A DNA stretch of 64,000 nucleotides from Eledone cirrhosa (taxonomy: Eukaryota). Positions 14,169 to 30,373 of the stretch are shown in pieces (position 1 is the stretch's first letter; each line of letters begins with the position of its first letter). The notes under the pieces are model-generated. The model was not told where the DNA came from and ran no database searches. It saw only the letters and a program-made list of their open reading frames with translations. The position numbers and the translations under genes are program-made. Where the stretch lies: positions 30,318,001-30,382,000 of the forward strand of contig OZ024749.1 in the NCBI GenBank assembly GCA_964016885.1, in the 5' to 3' direction.

Positions 14169-14206
14169 CCTTTACCGGTTTCGCAGTTCGTCTGCTTTTC
14201 AAAAGG
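14169..14206 (-). ncRNA. Minimal hammerhead, U3-A8 core
   Basis: cctt-TTGAAAA-gcag acgaa ctgc-GAAA-CCGG-TA-aagg. Confidence 0.7.
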
Positions 14207-14241
14207 TGAGTTGAGATGGAGGGTCTGTGGTTTTTCTCACA

Positions 14242-14278
<37 letters not shown>

Positions 14279-14559
14279 GTGTGTGTATATATATACATGT
14301 GTGTGTATATATATACATGTGTGTGTATATATATACATGTGTGTGTATATAAATACAGGTAATTAAAAACAGAAACAGTAAGTTCTGCTGACCTATAAGA
14401 ATAGATTAGAAAATAAAAAAAAATGCTGATGATATTTTTTGGAAGAGCAACGTTGCTGCTGTTATAGAAAGGATATGATGACGTATGATGGACCTCCGTC
14501 GGTTTCGACGATTAATGTTCTATATGCTGGAACAACGTAGCATCCTGCTCGTGAAATTA

Positions 14560-14815
14560 AAAAGCAACTGGTTGAACCTTCTAGAGGTACCTACATCCTT
14601 AACATATTTCTTACGGAGACCCAGCGTGATGCAGTGTTATATAGCTGCACCTTTTTAAATACAGGTATAACACATTTTCGCCAGATGAGTGCTCTGGAGC
14701 TACATAAAATAATACATAAAGTATCTTGCTGAAGGACATAACACACCACCAGGAATTGAATTCGTGACCTCATAATAACAAAACCGAACACCCTAACCAC
14801 TAAGCCACGCAGCTT
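14560..14815 (-). mobile_element. SINE family B degenerate copy
   Basis: Reverse complement reads gcgtggcttagtggttagggtgttcgg...tatgtccttcagcaagatactt. Confidence 0.65.
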
Positions 14816-15621
14816 CACATTATTATGAAACATGGCGAAATTATTACCTAAGTATATTGGCATTGGTTTTGCGTAGGATAATCTACAATAAAATGTATTG
14901 CTGTTTGGGGAGAGGTAAGATGCAAAAGTAAGTTTGTCATGTGTAGAAACTTTCCAAAAAGAAAGAGGGTAAAAGAATTAATTGAATTATCGATAGTATC
15001 TCTTTCCAATACCATTGCGTATTGAATTTACATTAGAGATAAAGAAAAAAAACGCTTAAAATGAAGAATAGAAAAACCTTTCTATTCTCTCTTTCTGTGT
15101 TTATGATAAATTCATTGACTAAAACCTTTCCTACATTTCTTCAAATCTTTTGAAATTCGTCTCAGACATTTAATCAACAGACTAGCAGAGACAAAGTGTT
15201 CTTTTTAAGTCCCCAGATATACATAGAAAACAAAAATGACATTTAATCTAATCTAAGCAGAAAATATTCAATTGGAAATTTTTAGTGTTTTATTTCTTTT
15301 GTTATTAGAGACATGGATGCTTCCTTCTCACAAAGATCTTCAACAATATATACTGGACTTGGGATACATATACAACCTGAAGCGAAGAATTTAATTTGTA
15401 ATGTTAACATTGTTATGATGAATTACTTGGCACACTGTCCGGTATCAATTGTGAGCGTGTTTATTTGAATTTACATTTAGAAATATAATATAGGGATGGT
15501 TATTTGTTAGAGAAATAAGAACAGAAAAAAAGGTGCCAAGAGTGGAATAATGTGAAGACTGTATAAATGAAATGCTTCAAATCTGAACAGCATAATTACT
15601 TCAAAACGGTCACCACGACGT

Positions 15622-15749
15622 GATCCTAAGATAAACCAGAATCAAATTTTACCACTTAATCCTAAGATCAGCCAGACTCTAATGTTACTACTTGATCCTA
15701 AGATCACCACGATTATTATCTCACCACTTCATCCTAAGATCACCTAGAT

Positions 15750-15838
<89 letters not shown>

Positions 15839-16015
15839 CATACATATATATATAAGTGATTCTAAGATCACCCAGATTCTAATTTCACCACTTGATCCTA
15901 GGATCACCCAGATTGTAAGTTCAGCAGTTCATCATAAGTTCACCCATATTCTAATCTGGCCAATTGAGCCTAAGATCACCCAGAATTTAATTACACTACT
16001 TGATTCTAAGATCCT
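15622..16015. repeat. Degenerate ~36-bp tandem repeat interrupted by (TA)n
   Basis: Repeating gatcctaagatcacccagattctaatttcaccactt. Confidence 0.85.
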
Positions 16016-16359
16016 CAAGTTGCTATCAATAGTGTCATATTCAAAGAGAGTGAATATGTTGTGGTCTGTAGCAATGGGTATAATACAGAGTAAAAAAGAA
16101 GGTTACTCGCAAATGAGGACATTAGTGATACATAGGCATATAGACACTAAGAATACATTCTTAGTGTCTATATGCCTATGTACCACTAATGTCCTCATTT
16201 GCGAATAACCTTCTTTTATACTATGTATTATACCCATTGCTACAGACCACATCATCTTCACTGTATTTGAATATGACACTATTGATAGCAACAATATCAA
16301 CGTATCTTTATGATTGTTCTGTAGAATAGGAATTTAATTATGTGCTTAAACTTTGCCAA

Positions 16360-16406
16360 TGCTCCGATGATTCCAAACGGCTATTTGGAAGAAACGGTTG
16401 TCAGCA
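16360..16406 (+). ncRNA. Minimal hammerhead variant (CCGATGA core)
   Basis: tgct-CCGATGA-ttccaaa cggcta tttggaa-GAAA-CGGTTG-TC-agca, then ATAAA. Confidence 0.75.
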
Positions 16407-16441
16407 ATAAAATGTATTGAACATAGATTTGATTATTCTGT

Positions 16442-16532
<91 letters not shown>

Positions 16533-16624
16533 GGAAGCAGAAAATTGCCTATTGTGAACCAGTTCGTGGTTAAGAAAGCCAGTTTCATGGATGGTTTCGA
16601 CGTACTTTCATTTCAACGTTTCAC

Positions 16625-16725
16625 TATTTTGAAAATTTGGACGTGAACAACAATTATAATTGAGTGGCTGCTATTTGCAGTATAGCAATATAAAGTTGCA
16701 CTTACCAATGAAACGGTCGTAAATA
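16625..16725 (+). ncRNA. Hammerhead, U3-A8 core, branched stem II
   Basis: tatt-TTGAAAA-tttgg..[caattataattg; tgctat/atagca]..ccaat-GAAA-CGGTCG-TA-aata. Confidence 0.6.
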
Positions 16726-16766
16726 CCTGGATAGAATCCTTCTCTTAATGCTTACCTGTGTTTTCT

Positions 16767-16827
<61 letters not shown>

Positions 16828-17055
16828 GAAAATGTTTAACGCAGACGGCAGAGGCTCAAGAAGTTTCGACGGCTATTTCTGGACTCAGAAATATTCGTCG
16901 AAACGGCTTGAGCTTTGCCGTCGGGATTAAACATTTTCCTATTACCCACTCTACTACCCTAAGTATTTAGTGCTCTGGTGCGTTATGGTCCATCTGGTTC
17001 CTTACCACACTTCTTTCGTTATATATATACATATACTTATTTATATACACATATT

Positions 17056-17097
<42 letters not shown>

Positions 17098-17103
17098 TAT
17101 ATA

Positions 17104-17181
<78 letters not shown>

Positions 17182-17783
17182 ATATATAAATATATATATA
17201 CATATATACATACATATATATATATATAAGTTATACACACAGGGATACAAAACTTTTTCTCTATCTGCTTGACCTTGATTTTATATGTTCTGGAATGTTA
17301 ATTTATTAACTTACCATCGAACCACACTGGCATACGGTTGGAAAATACTTTTATCCCTGTGTGTATTATTTACACATAGGAATACATAATTTTATTACTA
17401 TTCTCCTCTACGGTAGAGAAAGCTTTGGTGATTTGAACGGCTGCTATTTTTAGTAGCAGTACATTGACCTGTCCACCTAGCCTTTTCTTTTGTACACGGC
17501 ACCAGGCAGAATTGTTTCATCTCTCATTCACTCTCATTCCGGAACAATTGTGTGTGGCGCCAGCTTGTGATTTGAACTCGAGAATTTTATAAAAGCCTTC
17601 TGATGACGATCTCTTTCTCCATGGAAATCCGCTTGGAATATCTGTTTATTTTGAGATCAGAAACCGCGGTAAAGGCACATATAGTAAGTACAGTAAAAGT
17701 TTTTGAAATTTATTTTAAAAGTTATTCTCTATTTGCTTGACCTTGATTGTATATATATATATATACCTATATATATATACACA

Positions 17784-17836
<53 letters not shown>

Positions 17837-17873
17837 ACACATACACACACACACACCACACACACGCACACAT

Positions 17874-17930
<57 letters not shown>

Positions 17931-17969
17931 CACACATATATACACACACATATATATACATATATATAT

Positions 17970-18073
<104 letters not shown>

Positions 18074-18239
18074 CGAAGGAAATGTGGTAAGGAACCAGGT
18101 GGACTATAACGCACCAAAGTACTCAATACTTAGGGTGGTAGAGTGGGTAATAGGAACGAGTAGGACCCCGACGGCTGAGCTCAAGCCGTTTCGACGGCTA
18201 ATTCTGGACTTGAGCTCAGCCGTCGGGGTCCTACTCGTT

Positions 18240-18359
<120 letters not shown>

Positions 18360-18365
18360 CATATA

Positions 18366-18457
<92 letters not shown>

Positions 18458-18469
18458 TATATACATATA

Positions 18470-18523
<54 letters not shown>

Positions 18524-18581
18524 TATATACATATATATATGTATATATATATATATACATATATGTGTATATATACATATT

Positions 18582-18619
<38 letters not shown>

Positions 18620-20531
18620 ATTGTTAGCAATAAACATGTTTTATGAATGTGTGCGCTGTGAAAACGAATCCGACCACTTTAATTATTGAGTCTCCATTTA
18701 AATCATATTTGTTTAAGTGAAACACATGACATGATTTAAGCTGGTGAAAACTGAATTATATTTCAAATGTCAACTGCATATTGCACAAGATAACGGTAAA
18801 TCTCAATGTAACTGTTTCAATCTAATGAGATAGATATGGCCAGCGAGATATACTGTAACTCTTGGTCTTAGTACCCCTTCCCACTAAAAAAATGAAAGGA
18901 GCTGATCGTCAGATTGGACCAAGGAGACAATGTTTCCATTCGTATTTCCATTGCCAGCACTTCCTATCAATCGAAACTACTGCCAGAATGGTGGTGGGTG
19001 TAATTTGAACTTAGAATCAGATACAAATACTTTAAAAATTCTGCCAATCTACTGTCTCAGGAAGGGTTCCATTTTTTTATAAACCCCCTAAATATGAAAG
19101 TCGATGTTGAATCGGTAAGATTTGAAGTCACAGGGCAGTGATCCCTCCTCACCCCCCCCCCCAAAAAAAAATACCGAGGAATTTAATCAGACACCTTAAC
19201 GATTTTTTTTTAAATTCTGATGATCGACTCCTTTCCTTGATCTTACTTATCAATGTTTTACAAGACTCGTTTGAAAAGTTCAGAGACTGACTATGAAGGA
19301 TTGATCCTAGAGCTGTGGAATCTTGCATGCATTATTTTCAATTATTTTCTTATTAATAACTGCACTGTTTCTTTCTACGGACTATGTTGAAAAATAAACC
19401 TCATTTTATCCTTCCATAAGAATACCTTTGTCAGCCTATGAAGTACTCAGCCGAACCTCGTAATGATAGGCCATACACTCTGTACTGTTTGTTTATCAGT
19501 AGAGGTGATCTACTGAACCGCGAGCAAGGGTTGATCGCTCTATCTGCATGGTCAATACTGCAAAATAGAAAACTACAAAAAACTAAAAACGGAAACCGCA
19601 AAACAGGCTAAAGAAAAAAGAGACTAATTTGATAAAATGGAATATTAAATATGAAGTTTATTGGTATTTTTACAATAAACTGCGCATGTTAAAAGCACTA
19701 TACAGGAAGTAAGCGTATAGTTCACTTTGAAATGGTACTAATGAGGTTTTTTTGCAATTGACTAATGTTCCCTGAGCAATATTGAAATTTAATAGCGTAT
19801 AAAGATAAAAGGAAACCTAAACAGCACCGCTCCTCAACGGCCATAACGAAATGTTTTCAGCTACTTTAAGTATATAATTGTAAACGATATATGAATGAAC
19901 ACACAAATAAAAATATTAACTCTGAATAGAAAATCAACCCCCGACCCCCCAAAAAAACAAAACAACACAAAACAAAACGAAAAAAAAGAACAAGAAAACC
20001 AAGAACTAAGCAACAACAACAACAACAACAACAACATAACAGCAATAGGAAATATATAACTTTCAATATTGAGTATTTTGACGTTTTAATGATATAATGA
20101 TTCAATTATACACCGCTAGACGTCTCTGCCTCATTTTCCAATGTTATTTGTCTGGCATTGTTTTCTTCTCAACTACAAACATTCATATTTATATATCTTT
20201 TTCACTTTTCCCCGCTATTTATCTATTATAATTTATTTGGCATGGCTTAATGGTTAAGGTGGTCTCCTCGAATCGTAGCTAGCTGGCCCTGGGCTCAGTC
20301 CCGACAACATGTCGTGTGTCGGGTTGAACCATCCCTTTTAACTGCAATTCGGTAGACGGATTTTACACAATACGACTATACAAGGATATACACATACACA
20401 CACATGCAACCATTCACACACACACACACATATATATATGACCGTCTTCCTGCTATTTCAAGCGTTAAACTAATATATTCCTTCCATGTACTGTGCCGTT
20501 TGTTTTGTTATTTTTTATATTTATATTTACC

Positions 20532-20700
<169 letters not shown>

Positions 20701-20763
20701 TACATACACACACAAATATATATATATGTATGTATATATATATATATATATTTAATATAGAAA

Positions 20764-20815
20764 GGGCTTCTACAAGACTAGAACTGTTTCATTCGAAGGA
20801 TCATCAGGAAAGCCC
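20764..20815 (-). ncRNA. Hammerhead (family shared with 41975 and 55381)
   Basis: gggctttc-CTGATGA-tccttcgaat-GAAA-cag ttctagtc ttg-TA-gaagccc; stem II is weak. Confidence 0.55.
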
Positions 20816-20850
20816 TTACTTACTTGGGTTTGAACCGATTGAACGCTGGA

Positions 20851-20898
<48 letters not shown>

Positions 20899-21102
20899 CG
20901 TCTTGCTTCAACATTATTAATTGATGTGACGCAAGTGCAACACTAGCAATTAATAATTAATTGCTAGCGTTTTACTTGCATCATCGCAATCAATAAACTC
21001 TGGTTTACTCTCTTAAGCACCACACATCAGTTGTATTTATTTAACATCTGATATCACAGTTTAGTACCGAGTATAATATTGTTAACTTACAAAATTAGAT
21101 AT

Positions 21103-21215
21103 AATTGTTTCTACTTTTGGCACACGGCCAGCAATTATCCCAGTGTATTACTGGTACTTTATTTTATCGACCCCGTCAGGATGAAAGGCAAAGTTAACCT
21201 CGGCGGGATTTGAAC
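21103..21215 (-). mobile_element. SINE family A 3' part
   Basis: Reverse complement of B-box, central block and tail. Confidence 0.8.
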
Positions 21216-21421
21216 AAAATTAGATATAATGACAAGGTTTTACTTTTCCATAACTCAGACATTCGATTTCATCGAAAATTAGGTCCATTAATAAGTATCA
21301 ATCAAATAGTGGTTCGATTTAATCAACTACAGATCCCCGCACAAATCATAAGACAAAAGTCACACTAAGAAGTAAATAAATCCTTCCAAAGGACCTGAAT
21401 ACTTGACTTGATGGCGACGAA

Positions 21422-23308
21422 TGTGATATGCCATATATGTCCTGGGTATTTAAACCTGGCTATTTGTGATATGCCATATATGTTCTGGGTATTTAAACCT
21501 GGCTATTTGTGATATGCCATATATGTCCTGGGTATTTAAACCTGGCTATTTGTGATATGCCATATATGTCCTGGGTATTTAAACCTGGCTATTTGTGATA
21601 TGCCATATATGTCCTGGGTATTTAAACCTGGCTATTTGTGATATGCCATATATGTCCTGGGTATTTAAACCTGGCTATTTGTGATATGCCATATATGTCC
21701 TGGGTATTTAAACCTGGCTATTTGTGATATGCCATATATGTTCTGGGTATTTAAACCTGGCTATTTGTGATATGCCATATATGTCCTGGGTATTTAAACC
21801 TGGCTATTTGTGATATGCCATATATGTCCTGGGTATTTAAACCTGGCTATTTTTCATATGCCATATATGTCCTGGGTATTTAAACCTGGCTATTTGTGAT
21901 ATGCCATATATGTCCTGGGTATTTAAACCTGGCTATTTGTGATATGCCATATATGTCCTGGGTATTTAAACCTGGTTATTTGTCATATGCCATATATATC
22001 CTGGGTATTTAAACCTGGCTATTTGTGATATGCCATATATGTCCTGGGTATTTAAACCTGGCTATTTGTCATATGCCATATATGTCCTGGGTATTTAAAC
22101 CTGGTTATTTGTCATATGCCATATATGTCCTGGGTATTTAAACCTGGCTATTTGTCATATGCCATATGTGTCCTGGGTATTTAAACCTGGCTATTTGTGA
22201 TATGCCATATATGTCCTGGGTATTTAAACCTGGCTATTTGTCATATGCCATATATGTCCTGGGTATTTAAACCTGGCTATTTGTGATATGCCATATATGT
22301 CCTGGGTATTTAAACCTGGCTATTTGTCATATGCCATATATGTCCTGGGTATTTAAACCTGCCTATTTGTCATATGCCATATATGTCCTGGGTATTTAAA
22401 CCTGGCTATTTGTCATATGCCATATATGTCCTGGGTATTTAAACCTGGCTATTTGTCATATGCCATATATGTCCTGGGTATTTAAACCTGGCTATTTGTG
22501 ATATGCCATATATGTCCTGGGTATTTAAACCTGGTTATTTGTCATATGCCATATATGTCCTGGGTATTTAAACCTGGCTATTTGTGATATGCCATATATG
22601 TCCTGGGTATTTAAACCTGGCTATTTGTGATATGCCATATATGTCCTGGGTATTTAAACCTGGCTATTTGTGATATGCCATATATGTCCTGGGTATTTAA
22701 ACCTGGTTATTTGTCATATGCCATATATGTCCTGGGTATGTAAACCTGGCTATTTGTGATATGCCATATATGTCCTGGGTATTTAAACCTGGCTATTTGT
22801 GATATGCCATATATGTCCTGGGTATTTAAACCTGGTTATTTGTCATATGCCATATATGTCCTGGGTATTTAAACCTGGCTATTTGTGATATGCCATATGT
22901 GTCCTGGATATTTAAACCTGGCTATTTGTGATATGCCATATATGTCCTGGGTATTTAAACCTGGCTATTTGTGATATGCCATATGTGTCCTGGGTATTTA
23001 AACCTGGCTATTTGTCATATGCCATATATGTCCTGGGTATTTAAACCTGGCTATTTGTGATATGCCATATATGTCCTGGGTATTTAAACCTGGCTATTTG
23101 TCATATGCCATATATGTCCTTTGTATTTAAACCTGGCTATTTGTGATATGCCATATATGTCCTGGGTATTTAAACCTGGCTACTTGTCATATGCCATATA
23201 TGTCCTTGGTATTTAAACCTGGCTATTTGTCATATGCCATATATGTCCTGGGTATTTAAACCTGGCTATTTGTGATATGCCATATATGTCCTGGGTATTT
23301 AAACCTGG
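21422..23308. repeat. 43-bp minisatellite, ~44 copies
   Basis: Unit tgtgatatgccatatatgtcctgggtatttaaacctggctatt, very homogeneous. Confidence 0.97.
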
Positions 23309-23983
23309 CGAAGCACAACATATTTTTCAGCCAATTTCTTCAAGAGAAATACAGAAAGAGCAAGAGAGGAAATGCGAATGACATAACGGGAAGGAATCGA
23401 ACCCAGTAGGGGATTGATACTTTATTTACTAACTTCGAAAAGGTGAAAGACAACGTGTGTCTCGATGGCATTACAACTCCGGGAGCCAGAAAGAAACACT
23501 GCCAAACATATTATCTAATACTCTAACCACTAACCAATTTACTGACTCTCAACCTTACTAAGAAATAAAAATAAACATATTACTAATGAGATGGTGTTCA
23601 TTTCTAAGCAACGGTTGAAGCTGTGCTAAATAGTTGGTGATATTTTCTGTTTTAAATTCGAATCTCATACACAATCGCCATTTGTCTTCCGTCCCTTTGG
23701 GAATAATAACATAATAGCTGCATATACGATGTCTAAGGAAAATTGAGCGATAGAATAGAAAACCACGATATGCTAAAGAATTAAATTAACGGTGAACAAA
23801 TATTCTTATCTCAGTGATTAAATTCATTCAAGATAGGCAGAGAAGGCAACTCACAAAATTGAAATGAATTAAAGTTAATTTAGATTAGGAAGTAGGGAAT
23901 AACTCTGAAAGCATGACAACACCTGCAAACATGTTTCGTTATTATTAGACCTCAACAGGTGTTAATGAGAAATCTGAGAATGA

Positions 23984-24028
<45 letters not shown>

Positions 24029-24604
24029 ATTAAAAAAATAATGAATAAAACAATGAAACAGTTCCTTATATTAAACAAAAAAAGTTAATTATTTAACGAT
24101 CGTTTCTAGGACATATATGTGTTAGAATTGGCATGCATATTCAACAGATCTATGTACAGAATTATACAAAATTATACAAACTATCAAATATAATATACAT
24201 ACCAAACACATACATATGCCGTCTTCAGAAATAATGAAATATATTTATTGATAATAACAACAATTCAAAATTACAGGTCTGTTTGGGAACAGAGTTCAAA
24301 TTGACCAATGAAATACACAAAAATATATCAAGAAAATACAGTTAGGTGTGTGTATATATGTAAGTAACTTCGTTCACAGATATGCATAAAAATATATGTG
24401 TTCACATGCATACGCATGTCGAAAAAATGTATGTAAATACAAAAATTCAGGGCTAATGTCTCTGTATGTTTATAATCTACAGATAAAATACACATACGTA
24501 TATAAACACATATACATTCATATATACACACATATACATACATTCACACACACACGCGCATATACACATAAACATACACATACCCACGAACATACACACA
24601 CACA

Positions 24605-24645
<41 letters not shown>

Positions 24646-24871
24646 GTATATATTATTATTATAACTATATGGATATTAATGCGCACACATAAACACTGCC
24701 ACATATATTTTAATCCAGATGCAGAAGTAGGAAGGGGGGTCAGTAATTACTAAGGGTGTCAGAGAACTGCCTATTTATAAAATGTATCTATAAAGTTAGA
24801 AATAAAAAGAAATATATTAAAAAAAATATAAACAAGTAAAATATATACTCATACATAAAATACACACCGAT

Positions 24872-24944
<73 letters not shown>

Positions 24945-25650
24945 CATACATACATATATATATATATAGAGACACATACATATACATATATAAATACATA
25001 GACACATATACATACACACATATATATATACATATATTCACAACACACATACATATATACACAAATATGTACTTACACATACACGCATACATATATATAC
25101 ATATATACATATATACACACACACACATATATATACACACACATATACACACATATATATATATACATACATATACACACATATATATACACACACACAC
25201 ACATACATATACGTATATATACACATACATACACATATCCATGTATGTATATAAACATATAACCACACGCTCACACAACTCAGACATACATAAATAAAGA
25301 GATATACATACACACATATACATATATAATATATATATATATATATATATAGATATATACATACGCATAAAAATATATATATACAGACACACACACACAT
25401 ATACATACACACACATATATATATATATATATACACACACATATATATATATATAAAAAAATAAATAAATAAATAAATACACACAGTCAGACAATTATGC
25501 ACACATATATATATATATACAATCACACATCTTTAGAAATATATATACACACATACACACGCACACATACATATATACATACACACATATATATATATAT
25601 ATATATAGACATATATATACACACATATATATATACATATATATATACAT

Positions 25651-25683
<33 letters not shown>

Positions 25684-25687
25684 CAAT

Positions 25688-25814
<127 letters not shown>

Positions 25815-26077
25815 GTATATGCTCATTCTAAGATTTCTTATTAACACCTGGGTATGACATTAAGCTGCATCCAGTGGTAAGCCTCCAGTTCGGGAGTTCA
25901 GGAGATGTAGGGAATGTGGAGTTGCCCCTTAGTTGTCATCACTCACAGTTCTGCTCTGCCCCGGAGGAGTAGTACTTGTTAGGCCCCCATTTATGGGTTA
26001 AATAATTACCTTACTTGAGCGGGAATTTTATCCCCCTTATATGTGAGAAAAACCACAAACCCACCATCTCAATTCTA

Positions 26078-26113
26078 CTTTTGAAAAGCAGAAGAACTGC
26101 GAAACCGGTAAAG
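26078..26113 (+). ncRNA. Minimal hammerhead, U3-A8 core (paralog of 14169)
   Basis: ctt-TTGAAAA-gcag aagaa ctgc-GAAA-CCGG-TA-aag. Confidence 0.68.
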
Positions 26114-26415
26114 GAACCAAATAAATATATATTTTTATAAAAAAAGACTCCAGATGCATTTTCGATTTCATCTTTTTTCCTTATACTTTCACTCGTGTAG
26201 GACACCTCGTTTTTTTTTCATTTTGTAAAAAAACCTCACTTTCTAATATATATAAATATATATATAAGCAATGAGTTATTTAATTTGTTGATTATTCAAT
26301 AAATTTAATTTATAACAGATTAGAAGCACTCAACAATATTTCTTCTGGAGTGTAATATTAATAAATGGAAGCTATCTTTATAAAAATATGGTTTTATAAA
26401 GATAGCTTCCATTTA

Positions 26416-26515
<100 letters not shown>

Positions 26516-26595
26516 AATATGTATATATATTTCACATTTATATAAGGTTCACTATTGGAGATAGTATATATATATAACTTTATATATATATATAA

Positions 26596-26633
<38 letters not shown>

Positions 26634-26684
26634 TTTCTCCAATAGTGAACTTATATAGACGTGTAATATATATATATATATACA

Positions 26685-26874
<190 letters not shown>

Positions 26875-27301
26875 TATGATGGGCCCGATACAGATGTTAG
26901 AACTCAATGGGGCATTGAAGAGATTGTTTCAGTGAGATTCGCCTTTCAACATGAGATTCACTCTACCTAACATGACAACATTGCGTTAATACAATAATAC
27001 GTGAGCCATTCAAAACGCACAACGTTGAAAACAACATCACTTTCAGATTAAGAGTTGCCAACATAAGAACAGAATATATTCTTTTTCCAATTGAATTACT
27101 CAACCCTTAAACACTAATATACCCATCCGAGGAATCATGTCAAGACGTTTATTAAAATTGATTAACTGTCAATGTATTAGGTGCATTGTTGAGGCCTTCT
27201 TAATATCCACAATATTTGGCACTTTAAAGTGTTTCAAACTAACTACAACGACCTCTTTTACACACACAAACACAGCCACAGATGTATACATGTGTATATA
27301 A

Positions 27302-27340
<39 letters not shown>

Positions 27341-27677
27341 TATATATAGATATATATATACACTTATATACATATGTATATATCTGTGGCTGTAAGTGTT
27401 TGTGTGTGTATGTATATATTATTATATACATATACATATTTAAAAATACACGCACACACACCCACACACACACACACATATATATATACATTTCTAATGG
27501 TGAGCTGGATGCAATCTATTATTACTGTTCGGGTTTAGTTTACGTTCTCGATGCCAGTATCAATTTGAAGCTGTCATATGTAATGATGTAACTATTGGAT
27601 TTTCTGTTGCTGGAAAGGGATTTGCTGTTAAGTATAGTGTCATATGTAATTCACACTACACAGTTCTTTACAAACAT

Positions 27678-27710
<33 letters not shown>

Positions 27711-27959
27711 TGCAGAGACAGACATACACATATATATGATATATAACAAAATATAGTACACACACACTCTCTCTGTCTCTCTCTCTCTTCTCTCTCTCTA
27801 TCTCTCTCTCACACGCACCCACATATATATATGAATATTATATATATAATATAATTATTTATGCAGTGTGTATATATATAATACATATATATAGTGTATT
27901 TATAGTATATAATATATAAATATATAATATATACATACACCCACATATATATAAAACAT

Positions 27960-28019
<60 letters not shown>

Positions 28020-28111
28020 GTATATAAATAAAACATACATATACAAAACATATATATGTATATATATAAAATATTCATACACACACACATATATGTATAT
28101 ATATACACACA

Positions 28112-28189
<78 letters not shown>

Positions 28190-28745
28190 TATATATATAT
28201 ATATACCTTAAGTAATGCTACATCACGAACGTATAGCTTTATAGTAAATCCGATTGATTTGAGCCCAAGGAAATAAGTAATACAAATCAGCCACGTTATA
28301 ATCAGTATTGGAGTTCCTTAAGGAGGGATGGTATACATATCTATACACTGTGTGTATGCGTGTGTGTTAGTGTGTGTGAGTGTGTGTGTGTGTAAATATA
28401 TGCTTGAGCCAAGCATGGCCTCAGTTCCTCGGATGGAACGCAAATAAATGAATAATTATATATATGTATATAAACACAGAGACACTGACACACACACATA
28501 CATACATATGCACAAACACACACACATACACACACACATACACACGCACACACACACATACACACACACACAAACACACACACACATATCTATATATATA
28601 TATATTTATATATATATATAGTAATAATAATAAATGTCAAGACTTAAATCGGAAGAGGGTTCGATAAGGATGATGTATATATAAATATATATAAAAAACG
28701 TAGAGGTTGAAAGCAACGATTCTTTGTTTAAACTTTAATCTGTTA

Positions 28746-28854
<109 letters not shown>

Positions 28855-29833
28855 TATATATATATATATAGTAATAATAATAAATTTGAAGACTAAAATC
28901 CAAAGAGGGCTCGATAAGGATAAATATATATCAAATATATAAGAACCGTAGAGCAAATATTTATTAAAATAACAGATTAAAATTTAAGCAAAGAATCGGT
29001 GCTTTCACCCTTAACGGATCTTCTGAAACTAACAAAGTCAATCTGTGAACGCAGAAGTGAATATTTCAAAATAACGTTGCAACCGGAGGAAGACAGGAAG
29101 ACGATACTTTGGTTCGTAGAAACGTTCCCTGGCAAAGAACGTGAAAAAACGAATATAATACGCCATTATTTCGAGCGGTGAAAAACAATTACATGCAAAG
29201 ACAAAACCACGTTTATGGTATAAAAGAAGTCGTTGACTAATATTCTCTTAGGTTGTTCATAGAGACGTTCTCTGGCAATGATCGGAAATAGAGACGTACC
29301 CATAAAAATCATACCTTATCAGTTGGAAAATAAATTTCCAACCGATAAGGTATGATTTTCATGGGTACGTCTCTATTTATAAAACAAACTTTGTATTTTA
29401 TCTGATGCAAGCGTACCAATGTTGTTTTGGTACCTTTGAAATATATATAATAAAATTAATATGGTTTTATAAATATAGTTTCCATTTATTTAATATCATT
29501 GAATATTTACTCCAGTAATTTGTTGAGTGCTCTAAACAGTTATAAACATTTATATTTGTCGGACTTCCAACAAATTAAATATCCCTTCTACTTATATATA
29601 TATATATAACGATAAATTAACGGAGGCATATGCCCTCACTATTCCCTGTAAATAATGTGCTCAAAGGAGAAGAGATCCTGAGCTCTTTAAAATACAATAT
29701 GTTGAAAAGGTAACACACCAGAGAGGGAAAAAACCACCAGTGTGTGGAATCTATAACCTATGAAAGGCAGACTATAGGCACGATAATTAAAAATATAAAT
29801 TAAAGCGTAAATAAATACCTCTATAACTATATA

Positions 29834-29913
29834 ACACACGTACAAATCCAAAGATATGTTTCACCAAAAATTTGTTGAAAGAAATGGTCTAGTCTCGGTT
29901 CATCAGCGTGTGT
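29834..29913 (-). ncRNA. Type I hammerhead, canonical core
   Basis: acacacg-CTGATGA-acc...ggt-GAAA-catatc tttg gatttg-TA-cgtgtgt; 7-bp stem I and a hairpin stem III. Confidence 0.75.
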
Positions 29914-30193
29914 AAGGCTATACATTTCAGACAACACTAAGACAATTTTAAAATTGACTGTCCAGCTACACGTGGGAGAGAGAAGTCACAGCGTGTTTAA
30001 GGGCAGTGAACCAGTGGCCTCTGAGGGTTATAGTTATAGAGGTATTTATTTACGCTTTAATTTATATTTTTAATTATCGTGTCTATAGTCTGCCTTTCAT
30101 AGGTTATTATAGATTCCATACACTGGTGGTTTTTCCCCTGTATTATTGATAGCGCACTATATATCTCTCTCTAGTGTGTTACCTTTTCAACAT

Positions 30194-30257
<64 letters not shown>

Positions 30258-30337
30258 GTAAACAGAAATAACAACACAATTGGTACAGTATATGGAACTG
30301 ATATGTTAGGTTAACGCATGATATAGGAGGAAGAGGG

Positions 30338-30373
30338 TCTTAACGTTTCGGACGCTAGTCCTTCATCAGAAGA
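30338..30373 (-). ncRNA. Minimal type I hammerhead, canonical core
   Basis: tctt-CTGATGA-a-ggac tagc gtcc-GAAA-CG-TT-aaga; classic PLE-associated minimal form. Confidence 0.78.

Noticed and set aside
21422-23308. CRISPR-like array
   Set aside because: Pure head-to-tail repeat with no spacers and no cas genes; eukaryotic context.
23918-23965. Hammerhead-like motif aacac-CTGTTGA..GAAACATG..gtgtt (-)
   Set aside because: A6 is mutated, stem II is poor and there is no valid NUH next to stem I; at best a fossil.
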